A stretch of DNA of 46,317 nt from Octopus bimaculoides (taxonomy: Eukaryota). The notes below the pieces were generated by a model. That model saw only the letters and a list, made by a program, of their open reading frames with translations. It searched no databases and was not told the origin of the DNA. The position numbers were made by a program, and so were the translations under genes. Positions 22,791 to 35,276 of this stretch are shown here, in pieces. How positions within the stretch are numbered: position 1 is the first letter of the stretch; every line of letters begins with the position of its first letter. Where the stretch lies: contig NC_068988.1 in the NCBI RefSeq assembly GCF_001194135.2, forward strand, positions 65,041,476 to 65,087,792. Reading direction: 5' to 3'.

Positions 22791-23420
22791 NNNNNNNNNN
22801 NNNNNNNNNNNNNNNNNNNNNNNNNNNNNNNNNNNNNNNNNNNNNNNNNNNNNNNNNNNNNNNNNNNNNNNNNNNNNNNNNNNNNNNNNNNNNNNNNNNN
22901 NNNNNNNNNNNNNNNNNNNNNNNNNNNNNNNNNNNNNNNNNNNNNNNNNNNNNNNNNNNNNNNNNNNNNNNNNNNNNNNNNNNNNNNNNNNNNNNNNNNN
23001 NNNNNNNNNNNNNNNNNNNNNNNNNNNNNNNNNNNNNNNNNNNNNNNNNNNNNNNNNNNNNNNNNNNNNNNNNNNNNNNNNNNNNNNNNNNNNNNNNNNN
23101 NNNNNNNNNNNNNNNNNNNNNNNNNNNNNNNNNNNNNNNNNNNNNNNNNNNNNNNNNNNNNNNNNNNNNNNNNNNNNNNNNNNNNNNNNNNNNNNNNNNN
23201 NNNNNNNNNNNNNNNNNNNNNNNNNNNNNNNNNNNNNNNNNNNNNNNNNNNNNNNNNNNNNNNNNNNNNNNNNNNNNNNNNNNNNNNNNNNNNNNNNNNN
23301 NNNNNNNNNNNNNNNNNNNNNNNNNNNNNNNNNNNNNNNNNNNNNNNNNNNNNNNNNNNNNNNNNNNNNNNNNNNNNNNNNNNNNNNNNNNNNNNNNNNN
23401 NNNNNNNNNNNNNNNNNNNN

Positions 23421-23769
23421 TTCCAGTTGATCCAATCAACAGAACAGCCTGCTCATGAAATTAACGTGCAAGTGGCTGAGCACTCCACAGACACATGTAC
23501 CCTTAACGTAGTTTTCAGGAATATTCAGTGTGACACAGTGTGACAAGGCTGGCCCTTTGAATTACAGGCACAACGGAAACAGGCAGTAAGAGTGAGAGAA
23601 AGTTGTGGTGGAAGAGTACAGCAGGGTTCGCCACCATCTCCTGCCAGAGCCTCGTGGAGCTTTTAGGTGTTTTCGCTCAATAAACACTCAGAACGCCCGG
23701 TCTGAGAATCGAAACCGTGATCCTATGACCGCGAGTCCACTGCCCTAACTACTGGGCCATTACGCCTCC
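23421..23769 (-). mobile_element. Family B SINE
   Basis: Homologous to 10495-10890 and 38242-38623; the 3-prime end runs into a gap. Confidence 0.88.
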
Positions 23770-24819
23770 GATGAGAGAAAGTAAAGGATGATTAAAGGAA
23801 CATATTTATAGTTGTGAGAGTGTGATAGCAGAGAGAGTAACAAGTAGACACTACTTAGGGAGGGTGTATGCAAGGGACAGGGGAAAGAGAAAGGATTAGT
23901 GTCACTGGTTAGTGAAAAAAGGAGGAACAGAATAGTAAGGGTGATGAGGTATGTTGTGTAGTGGTGATCTGGTGCTATGCCACACTATAAGGACAAGTAT
24001 GAACTGAAGATGTGGGGTGAAGTGAAAGGCAAGGATCTAGAGAGAGAGCCAATGGAGGAATGAGAGGTGTGAGGTTCATGAGGAGTAGGCCAGAGAAAGA
24101 GTGAGGATAAAGAAGTTATGGAAAGAAGGTAATGAGAGAAAAAGGGATAGTGAGTGATGGATGGCAAGGAGCAAGCAAGTGAGCATCTCAGGCAGTGTGA
24201 TGATAGATGTGAATGATAGGGGGATGATTGAAATGAGTGATAGATGGAGGAGGGAAGGTAGGCATAGTTAAAGTGGTGAGGATGGACCAATACAGTCTCT
24301 TATACCTAAACCCAGTGAAGCGCAGAATGTGGTATGTTGGGTGGCCATTCAACATTTGCAAGTTTCGTAGGTTGTGGGGCAAGAAGCGATGGGAAAACAA
24401 TGGATGACAGGAATTGTGTAAATGAATGGAGAGATGAGTGACAAAAATAATTGTGCAATTGATATTGTGAACCCTCATTCATAGTTCTTCTAATAAGATA
24501 TTTCTTCTTCAAATATCAATTTTGGTTTCAAATTTTGGCATGAGGCCAGCAAGTTCGAGGGAGGGAGGGGGTAAGTCAATTATATTGACCCCAGTGTACA
24601 ACTGGTACTTACTTTATTGATCCCCAAAAGGATGAACGGCAAAGATGACCTCAGTGAAATTTGAACTCAGGACGTAAAGATGGACAAAATGCTGTTAAGC
24701 ATTTTGTCTAGCGTGCTTAATATGAGTTTTATAGCATTGTTAAATTTTATTTATAATTGTTTTGAAAATTCATTACTGAGAAAATCATATGCCCTAAAAT
24801 ATCAAATTTCTCTACAGAC

Positions 24820-25100
24820 TGGCCTGTAAGAGCCTTACAAGCCACATACAGAGATGCCACCAACCAGGTGAGAGTTGACAATGAATTCAAAAAGATATTC
24901 AGTATGAAAATAGGTGTCCATATAGATTCAGTTCTCAGTACCCCTCCTGTTTATAATAGTTCAGAGAAGTTCAAAACCAACAGAGAAGTTTAAGACCAAA
25001 CTGTCTGCGCAAACTCCTGTGCACCATTGACTTAGTTCTCATACCTGAATCTTTCACAGATTTAGAGAAGAAATTCCAAATGTGAAAGAAAAGACTAGAA
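24820..25100 (+). mobile_element. RTE-X reverse transcriptase fragment
   Basis: DWPVRALQATYRDATNQVRVDNEF...IGVHIDSVLS...LLCTIDLVLIPES..DLEKKFQ, from WLVRAVQAMY..GVHQGSVLSP..LLYADDLVL. Confidence 0.75.
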
Positions 25101-25124
25101 TTGAGATTTTGTGCTAACCATTAA

Positions 25125-25323
25125 CCTTTTAATATTCAAATTATTCTGTCAAATGTGATGCTTATTTATTCACATTGTTTTGTAGTTTTGAGATTTCAAT
25201 GGCTTGAGAGTTTATTTTTACAATGACATTGTGGGATAGGTGTGAGAGGCCAGATCTGGCCAGTTTGAACATAAAACAACTGGAATATTTGGGCCTGATA
25301 TGACCAGTATAAATGCTAAAGCA
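25125..25323. mobile_element. piggyBac-type MITE
   Basis: TTAA on both sides (25121-25124, 25324-25327), TIR-like ends cctttt(a)atattcaaa / ataaatgctaaagca, and homology to 35007-35644. Confidence 0.7.
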
Positions 25324-25376
25324 TTAAATATGAGTTCACCAACATAATTTGATAGTTGATATTCACTTGGGAAGTG

Positions 25377-25705
25377 AAGGCATGTGGCTTAGTGGTTAGG
25401 GTATTTGGCTCACAATCATAAGGTTGTGAGTTCAATTCCCAGCAACGCATTGTGTCCTTGAGCATGACACTTTATTTTACATTGCTCCAATCCACTCAGC
25501 TGGCAAAAATGAGCACTACCTGTATTTCAAAGGGCCAGCCTTGTCACATTCTGTGGCACGCTGAATCTCCCTGAGAACTATGTTATGGGCACATGTGTCT
25601 GTGGAGTGCTCAGCCACTTGCACATTAATTTCATGAGCAGGCTGTTCCTTCCGTTGATCAGATCAACAGGAACCCTCATTGTGGTAACCAACAGAATGCC
25701 AGTTG
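25377..25705 (+). mobile_element. SINE with a family B 3-prime half but a different head and body
   Basis: Head ggcttagtggttaggg...gagttcaattccc and CORE-like gtgtccttgagcatgacacttt. The 3-prime half (caaagggccagccttgtcaca...gtgctcagccacttgcac...aacaggaaccctc) is shared with family B. Confidence 0.75.
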
Positions 25706-27049
25706 TTAACTCACATGGGAAGGATTTGATCAGACTCTCACTACCTATTTTGTATTACTGCAATTTACTGTCTTTTAGTCCAACCTCTATTCATATTATA
25801 TCATTAAACAATGCAAATGATTCAACAAACAGACATCATTTTAATTTCCCAGAAGCTTTGATGACAGTAAAATGATACCCAGCTGTAAAAACAATACCTC
25901 CAACAAGTGAAGCAAATGTCCAAATATGTGAGACCATCCAGTGTTTCATGTTACACTAAAATATAAGATGGCCGTCTTATTACATTTGACTATTGTGATA
26001 CTTTACATAGTTATATAATGAGCACAGACTCATTCTCTCCTATCTCTCTTTCTTGTTTCTTTTCTTGCACAGTTCTCCTTTATCTCTACTTCTATGAATG
26101 AGTATTAATACAGTAATTAAGGCTTTTTAATCAGTTAAGGAACTTAACTACTCTTAAAAAAAATTTGAATGCTATTCATTATAGCTCATATTTTCTGACA
26201 TTCTGGATCATTCTATTATTACAGTTTTGAAAGAAGTAGGTCATTTTATAACATCATCATCTCTCTCTCTCTCTCTGGGGAAGGAGAGTGAGGGTGGAGT
26301 TAAAATGGAAGTATTTCATTACAGGTAAAAATATCACTAGTTCCTATTTCAGTCAAATCATTATAAACAAATCCCCTATGATTTTATAACAAAAAATCTG
26401 ATTCTCTGGTTCATATTTCTCCCTTCCCCACCCACCATGACACAAAATTGCTTAACATGTTCTAAACCCCATAATAAACCAGCTTTTTGGCACATCGTGA
26501 AACAAAATACTAATATATGCTTATACATATACATTCCTTGATTGCAGAGTCAAGCTGAAACAGCAACCAAAAATTATACAGAAGAAAATATACAGTCCTG
26601 ATAATTTTCAAATAAATATCAGTCTGGAAAAAAATTATCATGGCCTTTGTTGACAGAATAATATGATAAAACTTGCAAATGTGAAAACTTCAGACACAGT
26701 TTTTAGATGATTTAGTAGGACATATTCTGCAATCGATGCAGTATAATCCACAAGTGAAGATGATAAAGCGCCAGATAAAATTATACTTTTTTCAATATCT
26801 AGTTCTGCATAAAGGCAGCAAGCTGGCAGAATCACTAGGATGCCAGGCAAAATGTTTAGCAACATTTCATCCGTCATTGTATTCTGGATCCAAATGCCAC
26901 CGAGGTCAGCTTGACCTTTTATCCTTTCAGGGTCAATAAAATAAGTACCAGTTCAGTACTAGGGTTGATGTAATCGACTTAGCCTCTTCCTCAAAACTGC
27001 TGGCCTATTGCCAAAATTTAAAACCAATATCTAGTTCTGTACTGCACAT

Positions 27050-27520
27050 TTCTATCGCAAAATTTCAAATGCCTCTTTCTTTTCAGAATCTCTATGTGCA
27101 AGGGTGCCATTATAACCATCTATATACACTTCACACCTACACTATCTCAATTATCTTTGATGCACTGCCTTGCAATCTGGTACACTCACACCTCAAATCC
27201 TCAAGCTGTAGAAATGGAGAAGCAAACCTTTAATTTTATTTGCACCTCTCTTCCTCTTATCACCTAGCATCTCCTCCAGCTTACTTCATATAATTCTCTG
27301 CTGCCCCAGTTCTTTCAGCCATCCCAGGCCTGTTTCTTCACTTTCATGGCTCTGTCTACCTCACTGTTCTACCACAATGTCACCATAGGTGTAGCCAGGA
27401 CTTTGCACCAACCACAGATTTGGTCTGTAACCTTCATTCGGTGAGTTCATAGGAACTTGCAGTTGACCTATATGCTGTTTGTCACTATCTCCTTCTTTTT
27501 AGCAAGTGCTTTAACTATAT
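27050..27520 (-). mobile_element. RTE-X LINE fragment (between endonuclease and RT)
   Basis: The minus strand gives W.N.EVDRAMKVKKQAW..WKN.GSRELYEV.RR.AR...YQIARQCIKDN*DSVGVKC...GTLA..DSEKKEA. Confidence 0.65.
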
Positions 27521-27720
27521 ATTCTTTTATTTATTTCAGTCATTTGACTGTGGCCTTGCTGGAGCATTGCCTTTAGTCAAACAAATCAACCCCAAGACTT
27601 ATTCTTTGTAAGCCTAGTACTTATTCTATCGGTCTTTTTGTTGAACCACTAAGTTACAGGGGCGTAAACACACCAACAGCAGTTGTCAAGCGATGGTTGG
27701 GGGACAAACACAGACACACA

Positions 27721-27760
<40 letters not shown>

Positions 27761-28136
27761 TATACTCACACATATATGACATGCTTCTNNNNNNNNNNNN
27801 NNNNNNNNNNNNNNNNNNNNNNNNNNNNNNNNNNNNNNNNNNNNNNNNNNNNNNNNNNNNNNNNNNNNNNNNNNNNNNNNNNNNNNNNNNNNNNNNNNNN
27901 NNNNNNNNNNNNNNNNNNNNNNNNNNNNNNNNNNNNNNNNNNNNNNNNNNNNNNNNNNNNNNNNNNNNNNNNNNNNNNNNNNNNNNNNNNNNNNNNNNNA
28001 AAGTTTGGAACATAGTTCTGAAAATTAAAATTTTTATATTAAATGCCCAAATATATACATTGTGTATATTTGAATCGAACAGTACTAGGGCATAACAATT
28101 TTAATTTTTTTTTAAATGGTCCAAATTTTTGGCCAT

Positions 28137-28176
<40 letters not shown>

Positions 28177-28994
28177 TTATTTGGGACAACCTTCAACTTT
28201 TTCTACCCAAAAAGGTTTTCAACCCAGTCTATACATGCTATTATTTATAGCATTATGTGTGCTTCAAGATCCATTGTTCCAAAAAGAATTATTTCACATT
28301 CTCTTGAAACTTTATAAATTCTTATGATGTCAACAATACACACACACACACACACTAGTGTTGACATGAAACAATTATCTCTCTCTCTCTCTTTCTCTTT
28401 ACTTATAAAAACAGACATCTGCCTAATCAAAAAAGAAAAAGATCACCATTAATTAGATGAGACACATCATCATCATCATCATCATCGTTTAACGTCCGCT
28501 TTCCATGCTAGCATGGGCTGGACGATTTGACTGAGGACTGGTGAAACCGGACGGCAACACCAGGCTCCAGTCTGATTTGGCAGAGTTTCTACAGCTGGAT
28601 GCCCTTCCTAACGCCATTCATAAAATTTTGAAACAATGATTAGTGATTAGCTTCTTAATCTGTTTACATTCTTATTGTTATATTTAAAAGCTGCCAGAGA
28701 GAAAGAAATACTTTCAATGTCAGATATAGATTAACTAAATAAAACTGCATTTGATTGTGAAGAACTTAGGTTAATGTTAACACAATAATGCTTAAACCTT
28801 AAAAAGATAATTAGAATTAATTATGTGGTGAGACAGATACCTAAGTTAGCATTAACATAATTAATGCACAGAATATTAAAAAGCTAACTAGAAATAATTA
28901 TTTGATGAGGTTAAATAGTATTAGTTAATAATTAATATGAACATGAAAAATAAAATACATAGCACTAAATAAATGAAAACAATATTAGTTAATA

Positions 28995-29191
28995 CTCTTT
29001 TACTTGTTTCAGTCTTTTGACTGTGGCCATGCTGGAGCACCGCCTTTAGTCGAGCAAATCGACCCCAGGACTTATTCTTTGTAAGCCTAGTACTTATTCT
29101 ATCGGTTACTTTTGCCGAACCGCTAAGTTACGGGGACGTAAACACACCAGCATTGGTTGTCAAGCGATGTTGGGGGGACAAACACAGACGA

Positions 29192-29240
<49 letters not shown>

Positions 29241-29404
29241 CGACGGGCTTCTTTCAGTTTCCGTCTACCAAATCCACTCACAAGGCTTTGGTCGGCCCGA
29301 GGCTATAGTAGAAGACACTTGCTCAAGGTGCCACGCAGTGGGACTGAACCCGGAACCATGTGGTTGGTAAGCAAGCTACTTACCACACAGCCACTTCTAT
29401 GCCT
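28995..29404 (-). mobile_element. Family A SINE, near full length and young
   Basis: Close reverse complement of 35082-35496. Other copies: 1450-1550 +, 15135-15260 -, 27530-27788 -, 36430-36795 -, 42545-42830 -, 43870-44200 +. Confidence 0.9.
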
Positions 29405-29589
29405 ATATGACAAATATTACTTTTTTTTTTTTTGAAGTAGGGAAACCAACTCCAGACATGTTTTAGCTTTATTTTAAACTTATCAGCAAAGCATTCCCAT
29501 TCTTTCCAAATAATGATTAAAGAATCACTGAAAGGATGTTGAAAAATCTGCTCCACTGATGTCCACAACTCCCTTCTGTATTACCGAGA

Positions 29590-29935
29590 CACACCAAGCT
29601 AAGTAAAATCAAGACAATCCATGCATGTGGGCATGTCCTCTTCATTCCTCTCTCAGCCAAGAGAGATCCTAGTCTTGTGGGATCGTAGGTGCTGGTGCAT
29701 GTAAAAGTACCCAAGCTGGTGCCACATAAGAGTACCCGTGCCACATAAAAGCACCTGTGTTGGTACCACATAATAAATATTTGGTCTACGCTGTAAAGTG
29801 GTTGGCATTAGGAAGGGCACCTAGCCATAGAAACCATGCCGAAACACAAATGGAGCCTGGGCAACTCCCTAGCTGGCCAGTTCCTGTCAAACTGTCCAAC
29901 CCATGCCAGCATGGAGAACAGACATTATTATTATT
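29590..29935 (+). mobile_element. RTE-X 3-prime UTR (family D variant) ending in a (TTA)n/(AGA)n compound tract
   Basis: ggttggcattaggaagggcacc...aactgtccaacccatgccagcatggagaacagac. Confidence 0.7.
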
Positions 29936-29942
29936 GTTATTA

Positions 29943-29977
<35 letters not shown>

Positions 29978-30092
29978 AGAAGAAGAAGAAGAAGAAGAAG
30001 AAGAACCATTAACAAGAAACCCGTCGTGTATGTATGTGTGTATGTATGTATGTATGTGTGTATGTCTGTATGTGTGCGAGTGTGTGTATGTA

Positions 30093-31300
30093 TTGGGTTG
30101 GCAACTAAGTTCTTGCCGTTTTTTTTAAATTTTGGAATTTATTACATTTTTAAATTTTGGAATCTATTTTTTTTTTTTTTCTAGTTAATTTTTGTTTATT
30201 TTCAGATCATTAAAATAGAATGTCAAGTTAAGTAAAACAAGCATTTTCGTCACCTCCCTCTTTTTGATTTTAATCAAGGTTCTAAGGCTGCAAAAGCTGC
30301 TCGTGACATTTGTGCTGTGTATGGAGAGGGTGCCATAGCTGAAAGAACCGCTCATGATTGGTATGCCAAGTTCAAAAATGGAAATTTTGACATCAAAGAC
30401 GCACTTCGTTCTAGCTGTCCAGTTAAGTTCGATGAAGAGCGATTAAACCAACTTTTGCACAAAAATTCTTGTCAAACGACAAGGGAACTGGTAGAGAAAA
30501 TGGAATACTCCCACACTGCTATAGAGAAGCATCTTCACTCGATGGGAAAGGTTCAGAAGTATGGAGCATGGGTTACGCATGCTTTAAGTGACAACAACAA
30601 AAATCAACGAGCCACAATCTTTGCTGGTTTGCTTGCTCGTCACTGCTCGACTCATGGACACAAGCAACTATTTCTTTACTGAATCATTACTGGCAATGGA
30701 AAATGGTGCCTGTACATCAATATGAAGCAGCGTAAGGAATGGCTTAGCCCCGGTAAACAAGCGACACTGCATGTGAAACAAGATCGTCATCTGCATAAAA
30801 CGATGTTGTGTGTATGGTGGGACTGGGAAGGAATTATCCATTACGAATTGCTTGAACGGAACCAAACAGTCAACAAGGAACTCTATGTCCAACTATTTCT
30901 TTACCGAATCATTACTGGCAACGGAAAATGGTGCCTGTACATCAATATGAAGCAGCGTAAGGAATGGCTTAGCCCCGGTAAACAAGCGACACTGCGTGTG
31001 AAACAAGATCTTCATCTGCGTAAAACGATGTTGTGCGTATGGTGGGACTGGGAAGGAATTATCCATTACGAATTGCTTGAACGGAACCAAACAGTCAACA
31101 AGGAACTCTATGTCCAACAGATAGAACAACTCAATACGGCTATTCAAGAGAAAAGACCTAATCGTCAGCATGGAGTTCTTCTGCTGCACGACAACGCCCG
31201 CCTTCATATCACCAATATGACCAAGGAAGCCATTCAAACACATGGCTGGGAAGTGCTGCCACACCCGCCGTACTCTCCTGATTTGGCACCAATGGATTAG
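30093..31300 (+). mobile_element. Mariner (mellifera-like) transposon, 3-prime truncated, with an inactive transposase and an internal 225-bp duplication
   Basis: TA followed by 5-prime TIR TTGGGTTGGCAACTAAG. The ORF remnant starts at 30215 (ATA in place of ATG, early TAA) and contains HFRH.LLF.F, AVYGEGA, WVTHAL, TGNGKW (for TGDEKW), MLCVWWD, HDNARLH and HPPYSPDLAP. Confidence 0.93.
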
Positions 31301-31489
31301 AACGCAATAGACGTATGCTTCAGAACAAAATGTTGGTCAAGTACAGAGCAGAAATAAGAAATTAAAATGACAAGAGAAAAAGAAGTTATGTCATGAACTT
31401 CATTAGCTTACAGCTGTTTCTGCTATAAGATGGAATGCACTCATTTGAATGCTCGTGTATCACCCTATGGCTTCATCAGAGCACCAAAC

Positions 31490-31976
31490 CTATTCGGTCC
31501 AAAAAAGGTTCATTCATGTGATGTGACAGCAAAGAAGAGCACACATTTACTCTCTGTGCACAATTAGACTTGGAAAGCTTGTGAGGAACCCATTGACCCA
31601 ATTTACTGACTTTTCCAATGGCACTCAGATGTCAATGAATGGTTGAATGACCAAATCCAAGCTTCTCTCCTAGTTCCTCAATAGTTACAATGGGATTTTG
31701 TTCCCACAGGGTTTGCAGGATGTCCTCGTCGAGCTCTACAGATCTTCCAAGACAAGACTTGTCTTCTAGGCTGTAGTTTCTGGCTTGGAATTTCTAGAAC
31801 CACCGTTGACACTCACTTATACTAATTGTCCCATCCTCATATACTGCATTAATATTCCTCGCACTTTCTGTTGCGTTGTTGCCTTCATTGAACTCATAAA
31901 GCAAAATATGCTGAATACATTCCTCTACCACTTCCATTACAGCTTTGTAAAAAATAACTGTTAAAATGACCCAAGA
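31490..31976 (-). mobile_element. Mariner 5-prime half, same family as 22035-22731
   Basis: ATG at 31937: MEVVEECIQHILLYEFNEGNNATESARNINAVY...GKVSKLGQWVPHKLS...EPFLDRI, cut before TGDEKW. Confidence 0.85.
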
Positions 31977-31994
31977 TATATATATATATTTGAG

Positions 31995-32222
31995 TGTGGC
32001 CGTTGCCAGTAACGCCTGACTGGCCTTCGTACTGGTGGCACGTAAAAGCACCCACTACACTCTCGGAGTGGTTGGTGTTAGGAAGGGCATCCAGCTGTAG
32101 AAACTCTGCCAAATCAGATTGGAGCCTGGTGTCGCCATCTGGTTCACCAGCCCTCAGTCAAATCGTCCAACCCATGCTAGCATGGAAAGTGGACGTTAAA
32201 CGATGATGATGATGATGATGAT
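31995..32222 (+). mobile_element. Family D (RTE-X 3-prime UTR) copy
   Basis: gcacgtaaaagcacccactacactctcggagtggttgg...catggaaagtggacgttaaacgatgatg. Confidence 0.88.
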
Positions 32223-32639
32223 ATATACACACACACACAGTTGCTGTTTAATAACCCAATTTATTATAGTTTTGTTATGTTATATTTTTAACACATAAAT
32301 AAAATATCTCAGTTTATATTTTATAGACTAGGATCTCATAAAGTAGGAAGGAGATATCTAGTGACTCAAGCAATCAATCCAGCTTGAATTCCTATTGTTG
32401 CTAATTGATTCCACCTGCATTCGTAATGATCTTAGAATAGGCATGATTGATCACTCACTGAATGAGATCACTGATCGCTCAACTGAAACTAGTTAATTTG
32501 ATCTATCTAAAGATAATAGAGACACATCGGGCAGAGTTGATATGTGTTATACCTCAAAGCAGAGTTTCACTAAGTCACATCTCCTTGCTGACATTACACT
32601 GCATTTCCTGACCAAGACTTCTCTAACTTATTCTACACA

Positions 32640-33152
32640 CTGTGGCAAGGGAAATCGAAATCGAGTTAAATTTGACGACTGGCACCCATGCTAACGTCGT
32701 CTCCCTCATTGGACACGAAACTCAGCTTCCAAAGACTTATTGGGGCAAGCGAAAGCGAAATTGTGATGGCATCTGTGTCCAGCGACGCTTTTCTGGCACT
32801 TGTGCCCAGCGACGCCTTTCTGGCACTTGTGCCCGCGGCATGTGTAAGGACTTTTGAGTGAGATCGTTGCCAGTGCCCCTGTACTGGCTCTTGTGCGGGT
32901 GGCACATAAAATACACCATTTTGAGCATGGCCGTTGCCAGTACCGCCTGACTGGCCTTCATGCCGGTGGCACGTAAAAGCACCCACTACACTCTCGGAGT
33001 GGTTGGCGTTAGGAAGGGCATCCAGCTGTAGAAATTCTGCCAAATCAGATTGGAGCCTGGTGTAGCCATTTGGTTTCACCAGTCCTCAGTCAAATCGTCC
33101 AACCCATGCTAACATGGAAAGCAGACGTTAAACGATGATGATGATGATGATG
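32640..33152 (+). mobile_element. Longest family D copy, with an internal approx. 27-bp tandem repeat (TGTGCCCAGCGACGCCTTTCTGGCACT)
   Basis: Ends gacgttaaacgatgatgatg; the tandem units lie at about 32774-32835. Confidence 0.85.
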
Positions 33153-33374
33153 TGGAGAAGTTGTTGTCACACAACTGTGGATAAAGCCTGATAGTGCAGA
33201 CCTAACTACATTGATAGATATAAAATAAAAAGAAAGATGGATACAAGGATCTGAGGTAACTAGAGCTGGTCTACATCAGCCATCAAATAGTGTATACAGC
33301 TCAAAAGTGGCATAAATTGTTTTGCTGTGCAAAAGAACAGAAATCTAACATTTACACAATGAATTTTGTTGCAG

Positions 33375-33765
33375 AATGAAAGTATAGCTATCCCACTGTA
33401 AGCAATTAGCAATGTGAAAGTATGGCTGCCATTATAACTAATGTGAAACTATACCTGCCCACAGTAATTAGTGGTAATACTGTGTAATCAACGATGTGAA
33501 AATAGAGACATCTGCCAACATCGGCAACTGAGTATCACTAACATAGTGAAAATATAGCTATGCACTGTAATTAGAGGCAACCCACAGTAATTAGTGACAG
33601 TACTCTACAATTAACAATGTGAAAGTATGGCTGCATACAGTCATTAGCAGCAGTGCTGTAATTAACTGTGTGAAAATATACCTGTCCACAACAATTACTA
33701 TAAAGGTAAGAATGTGAAATGTTACCTGCCCACAGTATAATTAGTGATAGTAGTATATAACTGAT
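33375..33765. repeat. Old approx. 50-bp minisatellite (core AATGTGAAA.TAT.CCTGCCCACAGTAATTAGTG...TAATTAAC)
   Basis: The motif recurs at about 33412, 33441, 33493, 33545, 33615, 33666 and 33711. Confidence 0.7.
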
Positions 33766-33767
33766 TT

Positions 33768-34201
33768 CAGATTTTGGCACAAGGACAGCAATTACTAGGG
33801 CAGGGACAAGTTGATTACATTGACCCCAGTGCTCAACTGGTACTTATTTTATCGACCCTGAAAGGATGAAAGGTAAAATCAACCTTGGTGGAATTTGAAT
33901 TCAGAACATAAAGATAAACGGGATGCTGCTAAGCATTTTGCCCAGCATGCTAATGATTCTGCCACCTCACTACCTTAATAATAATAATCCTTTCTACTAT
34001 AAGTACAAGGCCTTAAATTTGGGGGACAGGATTAAGTTGTTGTTTACATCAACCCCAGTACTCAACTGGTACTTATTTTATCGACCCCGAAAGGAGGAAA
34101 AGCAAAGACAACCTCAGTAGAATTTGAACTCAGAACATAGCAACAGATGAAATGCCACTAAGTATTTCGTCCAGCATGCTAATGATCTCCAGCTCACAGC
34201 C

Positions 34202-34246
<45 letters not shown>

Positions 34247-34446
34247 CCTTTCTACAATAGGCACAAGGCTTGATATTTTGAGGAAAGTGGGTAAGTCAAT
34301 TACATCAACCCCAGTACTTGACTGGTACTTAGTTTATCAACCCCGAAAGGATGAAAGGCAAAGTCAACCTCAGCGGAATATGAACTCAGAATGAAATACC
34401 ACTACACATTTCACCCGGTGTGCTAACAATTTTGCCAGCTCACCAA
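33768..34446 (-). mobile_element. Head-to-tail array of three family C SINEs
   Basis: Copies at about 33768-33975, 33976-34201 and 34202-34446, joined by short (AAT)/(TAT) tails. Further partial copies lie at 34649-34765 and 34935-35002. Confidence 0.85.
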
Positions 34447-35006
34447 CATAAAAATAATAATAGACAGAGAGACCAATAGAATAAGTACTAGGCTTACAAA
34501 GAATAAAACCTGTGGTCGATTCGCTTGACTAAAGGCGGTGCTCCAGCATGGCCACAGTCAAATGACTGAAACAAGTAAAAGAGAGTACAAACCCCCAGTA
34601 CACATACTATCTTCAATCAACAACATCACAATATTGGATACTGTGCGATGTCTTAAATAATAATAATAATAATCTTTTCATATTTTCTACTAGAGACACA
34701 AGGTCTGAAATTTTGAGCAACAGAGACGGCCAATTACATTGACCCCAACATTCGAGTGATACTTACAGTAACATCTCAAAGCATGGACACATTGGACAGT
34801 TACCCAGGGACCTCACAGGTTTAGGGTCCCAAATCTAATCTATGTATGTTGTGGTTTGTGATCAGTGAATAAATACTATAGGACCCAATGCAGCTGTTTA
34901 CCCAGGGGCCTATAACACTACTGAGACAGCCCTGAGTATTTATTTTATTGAGCTTGAAAGATAAAAGGTAAAGTAATCCTCGGCAGAATTTGAAATCAAA
35001 ATTTAA

Positions 35007-35244
35007 CCCTTTACCATTCAGATTATTCTGTGAAATGTAACGCTTATTTATTGACACTGTTTTGAATTAATCATGCACTATAGGCGCAGGAGTGGCTGTG
35101 TGGTAAGTAGCTTGCTTACCAACCACATGGTTCCGGGTTCAGTCCCACTGCGTGGCACCTTGGGCAAGTGTCTTCTACAATAGTCTCAGGCCGACCAAAG
35201 CCTTGTGAGTGGATTTGGTAGACGGAAACTGAAAGAAGCCCGTC

Positions 35245-35276
<32 letters not shown>

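Noticed and set aside
24822-24867. Exon-like segment with ctacag acceptor and CAG|GTGAG donor on the plus strand
   Set aside because: It lies within a recognisable RTE-X RT fragment that continues past the apparent donor.
34767-34933. Possible hAT-like MITE with internal ttacccaggg repeats
   Set aside because: TIR and TSD matches are too poor to support.
35082-35160. tRNA genes at SINE heads (also 10890, 23769, 38242)
   Set aside because: A and B boxes are present, but they run into SINE bodies and I see no complete cloverleaf.
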